Positions 51,699-64,000 of a stretch of DNA of 64,000 nucleotides are shown piece by piece. The stretch covers positions 434,001 to 498,000 of the forward strand of contig CBFFRP010000288.1 of assembly GCA_965644295.1 (NCBI GenBank). The letters run 5' to 3'. A program made the position numbers and the translations under genes. The stretch's first letter is position 1; each line of letters opens with the position of its first letter. Below the pieces are notes generated by a model that saw only the letters and a program-made list of their open reading frames with translations, had not been told where the DNA came from and did no database searches. This DNA is from Paraphysomonas bandaiensis (lineage: Eukaryota > Protista > Chrysophyceae).

Positions 51699-52158
51699 GT
51701 CCTTAACATGAACTAGCTTGGATGCTTAACTGCAGCAGGTAGCCGAATACCCCGGATGCCCTTGAAGAAATCTACACAAGTGACACTAATTAGTGTCCCT
51801 TGGAACCACATAAGCATTTATTTGACTATGAGTGGGCAGACGTGTGCGGCTCACGTTAGTTTCCCGGAGAAATGTCACTGGTACTTATCCCCCTGAAAAC
51901 CACGAAAAGGTGCGAGTCCGACTTTGTTGAGGGTATACATATAATGTATGTCTTATTATAGTTGTAGAGGCCTTTATCTTGAAGATACTAAATTAAAACA
52001 AACCTAATAGCTACTACGTCGCGATCCGCCATGTTTAGAAGAGGGTCGGAGTTGGTGTGTTGGAGTGGAGAGGATTCCCCTCAACGAAGCCAAACTCGCA
52101 CCTTTTCGTGGTGTTCTGGGGGATAAGTACCAGTGATATTTCTCCGAGAAATAACATG
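51699..52158. repeat. Dispersed repeat family copies E (51699-51933, +) and F (52078-52158, -), tail-to-tail
   Basis: Both share GGTACTTATCCCCC..A.CACGAAAAGGTGCGAG...TTGAGGG with copy B and stop at the same position. Confidence 0.88.
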
Positions 52159-53002
52159 GAGAGTAAGAGGAAGAAAAGAGAAAGACGTATAAAAATTTCT
52201 ATATTTTTGTTCATCGTCGCTATGCGTGAGTCACCTATCAGGCTTGTGTAACAATTAATTGGTTTAAAAAATGATAACTGCCATTAATCATTAATTGACT
52301 GGCATAATTATATAGCATCTTAACCTGTATTGATATCATACCAATCATACTAGGTACAACCCCATTGTTTGTTAGCATAAAATAATTTGAACGTATATGT
52401 AGTCACTTTATCATTATTAACCATAATTATGCGACAGTATAATGGGCAGTATATACTTTAACCCAAAACAATACTTTTCGACCTATTATTGATTTACCAA
52501 TGGTCTTATAACCTGAGAATAGTGTTTTTGAATAAACATACACAAGAATTATTATTATTATTATTTCAAATTGTATGTAATATATATTGATGTATGGGTT
52601 AAGTAATCCGTTGGTAATTTAAGTTTAATAGAGCAGCACATATTAGAAGCAGTCGTGTATGTTATAATCAGTGTAAAAGTACAGCTGTGAGGTAAATTAA
52701 TGAAATTTAACAGTAAAGTACTTCCAGAGATACCTATATTATCAACTCATAACGTGTTTTACAGTTGTCTTGTACCCAGGGTACAGAATAACAAAGTCCA
52801 TGATAACGATTATTCACGTTTCAGCGAACTGCTTTAAGGTGAGTCACGTTTTCATCGACAGCCGAAAAATTCAGCATGTGCATATTTTAAACAAATCGGA
52901 CAGAACAAAAAATTACAGCATACATTGAAACAAGTCCTAAAATTCATACACCACTCCAACTTTCTTGACAATGAAGCAGACTCCATATTTTCTAGTCGAA
53001 AT

Positions 53003-56000
53003 CTAAGAACTGACATTTCCTATCACAGACAACGGGGGAGCATAAACCTGAGGAAGAAATCTTCTCTGTATGCTGTTAAAAGCAAATCTAGCCTAATTTC
53101 CATACTCATGTATTACTTCAGTAGTCTATGTAGTTTATATAGAGCACACATACCTTGCCAACATTCTTTTTAGCATTTTCTAATCGAACACCATGTACAC
53201 GAAGTATATCCAAGAGGTCCTTAGTTTCCGTTGCTGAGCCACAACATGCACAATTATTTCCATACACCCAATATTCGCAGTTACTTACAACTCAAGCCAT
53301 ATACATCCCTGACAAGTGAAGCTTCCTCAAGAGTAACCGACATACCTGCAGCACACACGATTTAACATCACATGATTTACTACACAGTAACCGAGGTACC
53401 AGTTCTATCTTTTGCACTTTTGCATGATGTCAGTCGCACGCCATCCAGTGCACGGGTCAATTTCGCTTGTGAATATAAATCTTACAAATAATCAACAGTT
53501 CGAAGGGTGTAAATACACACCTGCACAGGTCAGTATCTGGTAGGGCTTTCCACCCGCACCAACACTCTTTTGTACATGGTGCCGTAATTGACACAGAAGT
53601 CGTTCGACTCTACCTTCAAACGACAGACAATTCGAGGGGCTCTGTGCCAATAATCATTGTATAATTCAGAATCGTGTAAGAGGCATACCTGCAATGCAGC
53701 GCCGACAGTAATTAGGGTGGATTCCCTGGTATTCAATCGGTCCGCTAAGAAAGAAGTAACAACCTCCGACGAATTTCCCTGAGGGCACGTAGCGTTACAC
53801 ACGGAAGGTGTTTCCGAACTCTCATGTTCAACATGGCCGTGAATGCCCAACTCCACATCCCAGTCCAATTCATCCTCTTCATTTAACGTTTTTTCTAAAT
53901 CAGGAGACAATGTTTTCCTATTGGAGTTTGGGAAAAAGGTCTCCATCCACGACTCTCTTCTCTTTGGTGGACGTTTTCCAGATGAACTTTCTCTGGCGTC
54001 CGCTCGAGGAGCAGCACCCATGGAAAACATAGCAATAGATGGCGATCTTGTCTTTTTCGTATTTTGGGATATGTTATTGAGCTTGTCATTGATCTGGCGC
54101 TCGATATCAACAGCCATTAGGCCATCGACATCATCATCCTCATCCTCTGGTGACTGCTTTGTTATATCACTCTTATGGCAACCTGAAAAGTGCGTCTCAA
54201 TCACTTCGACTTCACTATCTAGTATGCTCCTCTGCCCTTCATATGGACTCTCAACGTCAAAATCATCATCACTATCTTCATCTATAGGGTCCCATATATT
54301 CATTTTGGAACTCTGTGAGTTCGACGAACGCCCAACTTCACTCACATCTGACTCCCTTCTCGAACTGACAATGGACATGCGCTTCTTGTTGTGTGTCGAC
54401 ATGAGTGACTGCGCTGTATCAGTTAAAAGCACCGCATGGCGACGCTGTCCAATTGTGGTCGAATAAGTACTGTTAAGTTGATCCACAAGTGTTTGTCGAA
54501 GAGGAAGCTCTGGTTGTTGTTTACTGTCAACCTCGGTGGGGCGTTCACTCTCAGTCGAAGCCGTCTCAATGTCAAGAGACTCGTGTCCACCACTGGACTG
54601 AACCGAAAAGCTCGGTACCATAGATAAAATCTTTTCAGATTCATCTATTGAGAGATCACTCATGCTTTTCATGTTATCAAAGTCTCCTCTCTCCAGGCGA
54701 AGGACAAGACTACAGTACTTTTCCATGCGTTGAAAGTTCTCCATGTTTATAATATCCTATTAAACAGCATACCTCCAGTGACGACAGATGGAAGCATAGG
54801 ACAAACATAAGAGGCTCACCTGCAGAGCGCTAGCGCGCTTACCCGCTACAGTTTCCGCATATGACTGCAACTCATTTATCCCAACAGAAAACATAACCGG
54901 AATGACAGGAATAGTCTTTCCCTCCCGTATTACCTGTGTCGTTCATCAAATCACAATCACATTACACACACACCAGAAACGGCGTAAACTTACCAGCGGC
55001 AGCGACTCAAACCATTTACTGATGAATCCCATATCGACAATCAAACACTGGTCCTCATAACCATCCACATGGGACCAGTATATAGACACGGATGCTTCAG
55101 GCCCCTGGCGCAAACACTACATCAAAAATACATACCAAGTACATTGACAAAGTACCACTGTGGATCGTCTACGACCAATTGAAGGACCAGTAGCGACTCG
55201 CTCTTCGTGAACTTTCAAATGTACACGGGTAAGGGTCTTTACTGTGCAGTACCTAACAACAGAATATAAAATACAAACCGCATCATAAAAACACTGACAT
55301 ATCTGATATCATTCCCAGCTCACTGCCTTGGGTCGATAAAAGACTTTCAAATTGGAACAACAATCCTACAGTGGCTATCCGCTCCATGGCTGCTGGAGAC
55401 ATTAGTTGAAGACGGGATACGAATCCTGTAGCCTACCAATAGCAAGATTACGATGTACAGATAAACATGTATTCCTTCTCACCACTGCGGAGAGACATTG
55501 AGACAGACACACATCAAGACGCTCCCGGGCTTTGAAAGCCAAACCTAGCAGCCTTTTGTCTAACGGAATCTCACGAAGACACCCCTCATTCCAAATCTAA
55601 TAATAATATCATTACATATTTTATTACAACACTGTATCGCACTGTATACAATCCGCCATACCTCATCAGGAAGGCGAATATCGTTCTCTGGAATTGGTAT
55701 CCTTCCACCAGATACCGACGAGAGTCTGGCATCGAGTGATTTCATGATATGCCATAGTCCACCACTTTTAAACTTAAGCGAGTGAGCAGCAAAAGCTCCC
55801 ACTGTGACAAAGTCACACAAATACGTTGATGTGAGTGAATCAGGTACGGCCGACTCTACGCCTGACATACTGAGCATATGAACATGGAGATTTACTGGTA
55901 TAAACCGAAGGGACTTGTCCTTCTTTTTCGCAGAACTCTTGAAAGTCGATGTAGAGGATTCGTAGACATACACTAACTCCCTCATACTTTCAATATTACT

Positions 56001-58457
56001 CTGCACCAAAGATAGAAGCTCCATTCTCCAATTTTCGCCCTTGTAGCTCTTCGGGATCGTTTCTATCGAAAACTGTTCCATCAATACCTAAAGCCTATAT
56101 TACACACAATATATATACAAGTCACAATCCAATAACACTACCTTTAGTTCCGACTTCCTTTCTTCAAGCAAACACTTCATAAATGCCACTGGAACGTCGA
56201 ACGTATATGGAGATTCCACCATCTCCTCTCCAATGTGGACGTCTCTCGGTGGATTGGCAGCTTGTGGTCCAGTGGTGACAATGCAGAACTCCCGAATCAT
56301 GACATCGCGACCGAATTGGGAGCCATCCTCCACATTCATATGACCGGATTCTGCTATACGAGATGCTTGCCGCACCGAATTAACTGCTGACAACTCGCTT
56401 ATCAGCTGCGTAAACGGGCGAATCAAATTCGACCGCACTCTGAACCTTCCTCCCAACCGTACAAAGTTCGAGGTAAGCTCCTTCACATTGATGTCAACCA
56501 CGATATCACTTTCACCAGAACGTTCCTCGGGGATCACATCACCATCGTTGACTTGTTGATCTTTCAAATATGATGACACCTCACCGCGGGTGTGATAAAA
56601 TTGTTTGTTTTTAATATAAGCTACTCCAATCAAAAACTGGTGAGATACAACTCCATCAGCACATTAGACGGTCAACACATGACAAGACCTACCTGATCTG
56701 ACAGCAGTGCACTATCAGCGCGAAAAGAAGAGTCAACACCACTCGCATTGTATATATCGAACCTCCACGACACATTACATTCAGGTGGAAAAACTGGCAC
56801 GATGAAACTGACGATAAACTTGGGATGCGATTCACAGGTCCTACAGTCAGATCGAGCGACCTCCACCCAGCTCTCTCCGCCATCTTCTTCTTGCTTATCC
56901 GAACCGCCATCCGTCCACTTCTTAGAGAGTCTAGCACTTAAACGCTCAACCATGCGGGTGGCAACACGTTTACTCGACCTTTTCGGCTTGCCTGGGCGAG
57001 ACGGAACAGACATGGACATGACCACGAATGTATCCCTTCCCGAAAACATTGAGGGGACAGGAATGCCCGTTCGTTTATCCACCAGCACCAGCTCTGAGCA
57101 AGAGATATGTAACTCACGACACGTACTTTGTGTAGACACCTGATCTACATATTCTGCAGACAAGGTCTCATTTTCTCTTCCATTATCTTTACCTCCACCC
57201 AACCACACCTTAAGCTTACTGGCACGTTTATTTTGACCAGACATGCGCTTCAAGTCGCTCTGCGGGGCAATAGCACTGTTGGCAGCCTCAATATCATGAT
57301 CACTCGTCTGAGACAGTGAGAGAGGGTTGGAGGTCGGCGACATCTCAACGCTGTGTACAGGTGAGCTATATGCGCTCTCTAACACAAATGAGTCGGGATT
57401 GATGATACTAGACTCTTCGCGCTCACTCGACTGCGTTTTCCTTGCAGCATTGGACAGATGGACTCTAAGGGGGTTTAGTAAAAACACAACCCAATATAAG
57501 AATGCAAGAAAATCCGGTAGCCAATAACTTAGGCTCTGAATTACACCCTCAACAGAGTTATTCTCCATTCCATACTCGCAGTCTGTGTAGAAGCATCCAG
57601 CAAGGCTTGCAGCCCATGACAGTTTGTAAAAATTCAGTGTGCCTGCTACGACGCAGAGTCCTAAGAGCCTCTCCAAAACAAGCTTCTGAAGCATAAGAGA
57701 ACGCGCACACCGAGGGTCTGCTTCCGGAGAAAGCTCCGATAGGTCAACACATTTGAATAGCATGCTATTCAGGTCCACCTTCCAAATCTCTTTATTCGAA
57801 GCACCTACAGAAGCGAAATCTAAGCGCTATACAACGAATTCAGGTGAATCTATACCTACCTTGGTGTGTAACGAGTAATCCACGACGGCAGCAAATGTAT
57901 ATAGGGCTAAATACCCTACCGCAATATATGTTTACGCACACCATGAATAATGCCATGCCAATAAAATACAAATTGGTTGACGTAGCACCGTTCCTAAACT
58001 GACCCTGTCTGTCAGATAAATATAGTACTCCAGCAGCCAGGCAACAAATAGATATCACTACATATATCCATTGGCATACTTTTCCCCACTTTTGACTGTC
58101 AACTACCCTGACGAATGGGTCAAGTACTTCCAACATAAGTCGGTATAGACTCAAATACCACCCAGCATAGCATGCCTGCTGTATTAAATTGAGTACCAAT
58201 GCTAACTTCTGCAATGAAATGGCACTCTTATTTATTTTTTCTGCAATGAACAGCAGTCCAGCCAGGATACTTGAGATACATATCAACATAGCGGCAAAGA
58301 AAGGCGGGTTTTCACGATCATATATAGCCCGCAAAAACAGTTTCCAGGAATTCTCACTACGATTCAACAACTTGGCAGATATTACATTACGGATTAGAAT
58401 GACAGTGAAAACCACTGAGTAGCATAGAAGGCCTATCAGTGCAGGGACTGAAAGCAT
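53003..58457 (-). CDS. 7TM receptor-like domain fused to C2-like domain and type I inositol polyphosphate 4-phosphatase (GPCR-INPP), multi-exon
   Basis: Catalytic GVRLTSCKSAKDRT at ~53401-53442; INPP4 motifs LRFIPVNLHVH, VTVGAFAAH, MSVTLEE, HGVRLENAKKNVG, FAFNSIQRRFLP. C2-like WVEVARSD..PKF..WRFDIY. Seven hydrophobic segments in 58457-57480; the last two are in the same ORF (56672-57778) as the C2-like region. Confidence 0.85.
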
Positions 58458-58810
58458 CACGAATCGAATATATAAACACTACAACATTGATAATACACAC
58501 AGATTCAAGTAACTTCAATAATAGTGGACACAGCACACGCAAACACTACAATATAATGATGTGAATTTCAGTACAAAGCTTTTAAAGCGATACCACAATG
58601 TATCAGTATCACAACTTTAGTGTAGCCCTGTGTCGTTATGAGACTGTTTGCTGTTGAATAATCTCCAACACAAACAACCAACCCATTATTCGTGCATTCG
58701 ACACTTTTTTGATGAGGGTACTGCTGGTGTCCGTGTAGTGTGTGTAGGTGTATATAAATACTGCTCTGTATGCAAGTCTAGGACTTCCTAGGAGTTCCTG
58801 CAGCATTCCT

Positions 58811-59613
58811 TGTATGTATGTATGTATGTATGTATGTATGTATGTATGTATGTATGTATGTATGTATGTATGTATGTATGTATGTATGTATGTATGTATG
58901 TATGTATGTATGTATGTATGTATGTATGTATGTATGTATGTATGTATGTATGTATGTATGTATGTATGTATGTATGTATGTATGTATGTATGTATGTATG
59001 TATGTATGTATGTATGTATGTATGTATGTATGTATGTATGTATGTATGTATGTATGTATGTATGTATGTATGTATGTATGTATGTATGTATGTATGTATG
59101 TATGTATGTATGTATGTATGTATGTATGTATGTATGTATGTATGTATGTATGTATGTATGTATGTATGTATGTATGTATGTATGTATGTATGTATGTATG
59201 TATGTATGTATGTATGTATGTATGTATGTATGTATGTATGTATGTATGTATGTATGTATGTATGTATGTATGTATGTATGTATGTATGTATGTATGTATG
59301 TATGTATGTATGTATGTATGTATGTATGTATGTATGTATGTATGTATGTATGTATGTATGTATGTATGTATGTATGTATGTATGTATGTATGTATGTATG
59401 TATGTATGTATGTATGTATGTATGTATGTATGTATGTATGTATGTATGTATGTATGTATGTATGTATGTATGTATGTATGTATGTATGTATGTATGTATG
59501 TATGTATGTATGTATGTATGTATGTATGTATGTATGTATGTATGCATGTATGTATGTATGTATGTATGCATGTATGTATGTATGTATGTATGTATGTATG
59601 TATGTATGTATGT
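58811..59613. repeat. (TATG)n microsatellite, ~200 units
   Basis: Pure tract with only two T>C interruptions (59545, 59569). Confidence 0.99.
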
Positions 59614-59700
59614 TTGAATTTCGAAATTTCTTGGGATGTACTGTGAGCTGTGAGGTGTTTATACTAGGGATTTACACTCTTTGGTATTCACAAATAAAAC

Positions 59701-60261
59701 ATGGACTGTCAGGATGATGAAGTAAGGAGTACGCCTGTGAGTGATTTCCGAACCCCTTCAAGGTCCAGGGCAGGGTCACAGGCTACCGGCCAGACCACAA
59801 AGAAGAGGAGGAGACAGGAGCGCGTCAAACTCAATCAGACAGGATTTTCTGCAAAGCAAATGCAGAAAGAATATCGAACTCCTGGAAGGAAGAAGAGAAA
59901 GTCGACCTCTATGGAACCGGCTTATGTCGATTCTGTGTTTGAATCAGTTGGAACGAGAGAACCCAGTCATGACGATATCTCGGAAAGTGCCGAATGGGAC
60001 GTAATTGTCAAGCACCCTCATCATTTTTGCAGCAAAATTAAGTCTGTACATCTGAACGAGGGAGTGTGGACTCCAATTCAGGTAAATAGCTTGAAATCGG
60101 CGATAAAGGATAACTTAAATAATGGACCGTTCGGAGGAGTTCACTGGGAAAAAGTTGCGTCGGCAGTCAAAACTCACTGTATGGAGCAATGCAAGGAACA
60201 TTGGTATTATATGCGTAATATTTATGAGCTGGAATCGTCGAACAGAAGTACGTTGTCTTAA
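59701..60261 (+). CDS. Small Myb/SANT domain protein
   Basis: WTPIQVNSLKSAI...HWEKVASAVKTHCMEQCKEHW (three-Trp SANT pattern); NLS-like KKRRR and RKKRK. Confidence 0.8.
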   Translation: MDCQDDEVRSTPVSDFRTPSRSRAGSQATGQTTKKRRRQERVKLNQTGFSAKQMQKEYRTPGRKKRKSTSMEPAYVDSVFESVGTREPSHDDISESAEWDVIVKHPHHFCSKIKSVHLNEGVWTPIQVNSLKSAIKDNLNNGPFGGVHWEKVASAVKTHCMEQCKEHWYYMRNIYELESSNRSTLS

Positions 60262-60674
60262 TAGTTATTATGTTAAATTCGATTTTCATGCAGAATTATC
60301 TTTTCTTTCCAAGTGTACCAATATACAGCGTAATAACCTAAATTACATTTCATGATTTGGAAATATAAAGTTATATCTAAAATCTGATATCTCCTAGTTT
60401 TGATTCTAGTCTCTCCATTGCTCAAATGGGGGGGGCATTATAGCAATCAATGCACGAGTCGCAAGTGAATAATTTCAAAACACTAGTAGATACTATCGCA
60501 TTTCTTAGCATTCAACAAACTGTAATTCATAAATTATAGTTGTATACATTAATCTTCAATGACAGAGCATGTACTATGTAATAGTTGCCAAATGAGAAAA
60601 AACAAAGTAAACTAAATGTCACAGATCTACTTTACTGTACCTTAACACTTAACACTATATTGTCGTGTCCGAGC

Positions 60675-63600
60675 TTAAAGCTGGTCATTTCCACTATCCT
60701 GTGAAGTTGTGGACAACAAACTTCTCGGTGAGTCGCTAGTTTGAATAGTAGCACGCTGGCGGAAGTCCACACGTTTCTGCTCTTGACCGCGCGGAGTTTC
60801 CAAGCCCTCATATCTTCTGGAACCAAGGTCTGGCATCGTAACAGAGTGCTCTAAACCTTTTTTCTTTTTAGACGATTGCTTTGGAGGAACTAAGACACCA
60901 GCACTACTAAGAGACAATGATTTTTTAATTTCTGGCTCATGTGTCGAAGCGTTCGATGATGGGATTGGACTATCGGTCATCTCAATGTTTACATTCTCAG
61001 GGCGGGCAGTATTGTCTCGCTGTAGATTTGTACCACTTCCATCTCCGAACAGTTTCTTTCCTATCGCAGCATGTTTTATCCCACTGCTCATTTTCGCTTC
61101 TGACCCACCTCTACTAACATTCCCCATTCCAAACCATGACGTTTTTCTTGTAGACGCACCACTTCCAGTTCGTATGTATGGAGAAGGGGTATCGACCGGG
61201 GATGAGCCTTTACCTTCAATAGACCCAGTTGATTGAGATCCAGTAGGAGAGGCCAACCATTTCGGAGTAGCCACGGTTGTTGACTGTCCCTGGTTATAGT
61301 ACTCAATGTCATCAAAGTCAACATCTACAGTCTCCTGCACAGGCTGTTCTTGGTTAGAACCAGATGTCTTGGTCTTACACAAACATCTCAAACAGCAGAC
61401 AGCAATAACAATAATAATAACTGCGGCGCCAATATAAAGGTACATTTCATTATCAGCAAATGCAGTACTGTCATTGGAATTCCTTTGAACGTCGTTTGCT
61501 GGAACGGATGTCGGAGCTCCTGTATTGACCACACTCAGAAGGATTTCATCAGAGAATCTTGGCTCAGTAAACACCACCTCAGACGAGTTGTTGATATACT
61601 GAGAACCTCTAATACCAGCGAGTGAAACAAAGTCTGTTGAAATATTAGGACCAGTATAGGATATGTTGATCTGGTCTTGAAGGGAATGGGCAAACTCATA
61701 AGGATCGGAAAACCCAAATTGTTCCATAACCGCAGTTACAGTAAAGTACACTTCTACCGCCACAGTGAAGTCCACTCCTAGTCTTCTACGACCAGATGAC
61801 CTTATACCCCATGTCACATGTACCAAAGACTGACGCATGTGCGTTTTCGAAGATCCATCGTGGCGAGAATAAATCAAATTATCAGGAGAGCTGGATGATA
61901 TAGAACTTGCTGGGACATCCTGAGAATCCACACTTGTATTAGACAAAGACACTATTAATACTCCGTCAGCACTCATTCCTTGCATCGATTCTGCCGTTAC
62001 ATTTACGAAGGCGCTCAAAGCAGGGTCATCATAGTTTTCCACGGGTTCGCCTATCACATCCTCCCATACCTCAAACGATACAACGGTTGATACCGGGATA
62101 CTGAAGGTCGGATTGGTGGACACTTCGGCCGGGGTCGGGCGCAGAGAAGGCAACGGAGAAGGGAGCGAAGATGGAATTAGTGAAGGGCATGCAGAGGGGG
62201 TATAAGAAGGTTGAGAGGAGGGTCTAAAAGTGGGAAAACGCGATGGTGTAAACGTCGGATATGCACTTGGGCAACGAGTGGGTAGTGCAGAGGGTTCAGA
62301 TGTAGGCAACCCACTAGGGGATGACGATGGGTTACGAGTCGGTTGAAAGGTCACAGGAGACCTACTGGGAACACCAGTAGGCTGGCCAGTTGGAATACTA
62401 GAAGGCAGTGTACTCGGGTGGCCAGACGGAGGAGATGTTGGGGCAGCACCAGGTGCCAAAGTAGGAAGTGAAGAGGGTTGGGCTGTTGGCTTATCAGACG
62501 GAGAAACAGATGGTTGAGTGGACGGAACATAAGTTGGAACACCAACCGGGTAACTGGTTGGCATCGTGGTCGGCAAAAATGAAGGGCAGTTTGTAGGTGA
62601 TCGAGAAGGTTGACAGGACGGAATTGACGATGGCGCACCAGAAGGTTGCCTAGATGGTTGAATTGACGGAAAATAGGAAGGCAGAACTGATGGCAAAGAA
62701 GATGGATCTCCAGATGGCTCCCCGCTAGGTTTAGTGGACGGATAGCTCGTGGCTTGACCAGTGGGCTCCGTAGAAGGCAAACTACTAGGAATTCCTGTGG
62801 GTAGTCCTGTTGGGTGGCCAGTAGGTTGTCCACTTGGCTGTGAGGTTGGCTGTCCAGTTGGCTGTCCAGTTGGCTGGCCAGTGGGTTGTCCACTTGGCTG
62901 TGAGGTTGGCTGTCCAGTTGGCTGTCCAGTTGGGTGGCCAGTGGGTTGTCCACTTGGCTGTGAGGTTGGCTGTCCAGTTGGCTGTCCAGTTGGCTGCCCA
63001 GTTGGCTGTCCTGTTGGAAGGTTAGAAGGTTGGCCAGTTGGCTGTCCTGTAGGGTGGCCAGTCGGTTGTCCTGTTGGGTGGCCAGAGGGTTGACCAGTTG
63101 GCTGTCCAGTTGGCTCACAAGATGGAGCTGATGAAGGAGAACAAGGCATAGAAGATGGGATTGATGTCGGCCCTGATGACGGAAGACCGGATGGCTCTCC
63201 TGATGGAACCGTGGTGGGAATTCTTGAGGGTACTGCAGAGGGTTGACCACTTGGTTGCCCACTCGGTAGTCCAGATGGAAGCCCCGAAGGATCACAGGAT
63301 GGAATCCCTGTTGGTATTGTTGAAGGAACGATACTTGGAGTTGATGAAGGATAGCTAGATGGCAAAGAAGATGGATCTCCAGATGGCTCCCCGCTAGGTT
63401 TAGTGGACGGATAGCTTGTAGGTTGAGCAGTGGGCTCTGTAGAAGGCAAACTACTAGGGATTCCTGTGGGTAGTCCTGTTGGGTGGCCAGAAGGTTGTCC
63501 ACTTGGCTGTGAAGTTGGCTGTGAGGTTGGCTGTCCAGTTGGCTGTCCAGTAGGGTGGCCAGTCGGTTGTCCTGTTGGGTGGCCAGAGGGTTGACCAGTT

Positions 63601-64000
63601 GGCTGTCCAGTTGGCTCACAAGATGGAGCTGATGAAGGAGAAGAAGGTACAGAAGATGGGATTGATGTCGGCCCTGATGACGGAAGACCGGATGGCTCTC
63701 CTGATGGAACCGTGGTGGGAATTCTTGAGGGTACTGCAGAGGGTTGACCACTTGGTTGCCCACTCGGTAGTCCAGATGGAAGCCCCGAAGGATCACAGGA
63801 TGGAATCCCTGTTGGTATTGTTGAAGGAACGATACTTGGAGTTGATGAAGGATAGCTAGATGGCAAAGAAGATGGATCTCCAGATGGCTCCCCGCTAGGT
63901 TTAGTGGACGGATAGCTTGTAGGTTGACCAGTGGGCTCTGTAGAAGGCAAACTACTAGGGATTCCTGTGGGTAGTCCTGTTGGGTGGCCAGAAGGTTGTC
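60675..64000 (-). CDS. Mucin-like type I membrane protein (5' end outside window)
   Basis: PTGQ/PSSQ tetrapeptide repeats with a 501-bp higher-order duplication; membrane-proximal domain with GRRRLG; [20 protein letters not shown]; Ser-rich cytoplasmic tail. Confidence 0.88.
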   Translation of the reverse strand, partial: QPSGHPTGLPTGIPSSLPSTEPTGQPTSYPSTKPSGEPSGDPSSLPSSYPSSTPSIVPSTIPTGIPSCDPSGLPSGLPSGQPSGQPSAVPSRIPTTVPSGEPSGLPSSGPTSIPSSVPSSPSSAPSCEPTGQPTGQPSGHPTGQPTGHPTGQPTGQPTSQPTSQPSGQPSGHPTGLPTGIPSSLPSTEPTAQPTSYPSTKPSGEPSGDPSSLPSSYPSSTPSIVPSTIPTGIPSCDPSGLPSGLPSGQPSGQPSAVPSRIPTTVPSGEPSGLPSSGPTSIPSSMPCSPSSAPSCEPTGQPTGQPSGHPTGQPTGHPTGQPTGQPSNLPTGQPTGQPTGQPTGQPTSQPSGQPTGHPTGQPTGQPTSQPSGQPTGQPTGQPTGQPTSQPSGQPTGHPTGLPTGIPSSLPSTEPTGQATSYPSTKPSGEPSGDPSSLPSVLPSYFPSIQPSRQPSGAPSSIPSCQPSRSPTNCPSFLPTTMPTSYPVGVPTYVPSTQPSVSPSDKPTAQPSSLPTLAPGAAPTSPPSGHPSTLPSSIPTGQPTGVPSRSPVTFQPTRNPSSSPSGLPTSEPSALPTRCPSAYPTFTPSRFPTFRPSSQPSYTPSACPSLIPSSLPSPLPSLRPTPAEVSTNPTFSIPVSTVVSFEVWEDVIGEPVENYDDPALSAFVNVTAESMQGMSADGVLIVSLSNTSVDSQDVPASSISSSSPDNLIYSRHDGSSKTHMRQSLVHVTWGIRSSGRRRLGVDFTVAVEVYFTVTAVMEQFGFSDPYEFAHSLQDQINISYTGPNISTDFVSLAGIRGSQYINNSSEVVFTEPRFSDEILLSVVNTGAPTSVPANDVQRNSNDSTAFADNEMYLYIGAAVIIIVIAVCCLRCLCKTKTSGSNQEQPVQETVDVDFDDIEYYNQGQSTTVATPKWLASPTGSQSTGSIEGKGSSPVDTPSPYIRTGSGASTRKTSWFGMGNVSRGGSEAKMSSGIKHAAIGKKLFGDGSGTNLQRDNTARPENVNIEMTDSPIPSSNASTHEPEIKKSLSLSSAGVLVPPKQSSKKKKGLEHSVTMPDLGSRRYEGLETPRGQEQKRVDFRQRATIQTSDSPRSLLSTTSQDSGNDQL

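Noticed and set aside
58636-59717. ORFs of 278-311 aa (MYVC/HTYI repeats)
   Set aside because: Artefacts of the stop-free (TATG)n microsatellite.
62351-63859. 481-aa alternative-frame ORF and antisense ORFs in the mucin gene
   Set aside because: Shadow frames of the repetitive Pro/Ser/Thr coding sequence.

Overview
Eukaryotic nuclear DNA with short (mostly 45-60 nt) GT-AG introns. The gene set (kinesin-9, plant/stramenopile-type NBP35, a 7TM-INPP4 fusion, a PTGQ/PSSQ mucin with an RRL motif) suggests a flagellated stramenopile, possibly chrysophyte-like; this is inference. Positions 1-28 kb hold compact housekeeping genes plus a 321-bp inverted-repeat structure at 6.5-9.0 kb. A tail-to-tail tRNA-His/tRNA-Leu pair at 29.5-29.7 kb precedes a ~22-kb accessory island. 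The island is a palindrome of two ~99.7% identical 2051-aa animal-FAS-like type I FAS/PKS genes (KS-AT-DH-pseudoMT-ER-KR-ACP, no thioesterase). Its unique spacer carries a questin-oxidase-family gene head-to-head with copy 1. An unclassified dispersed repeat with an invariant 25-nt core brackets the palindrome and also lies at or near the symmetry axis of both large inverted duplications. The right end has a LINE relic, a 7TM-C2-INPP4 gene, a ~800-bp (TATG)n tract, a Myb/SANT gene and a truncated mucin-like membrane protein. All exon models, motif calls and identity figures were read by eye; no database search was run.
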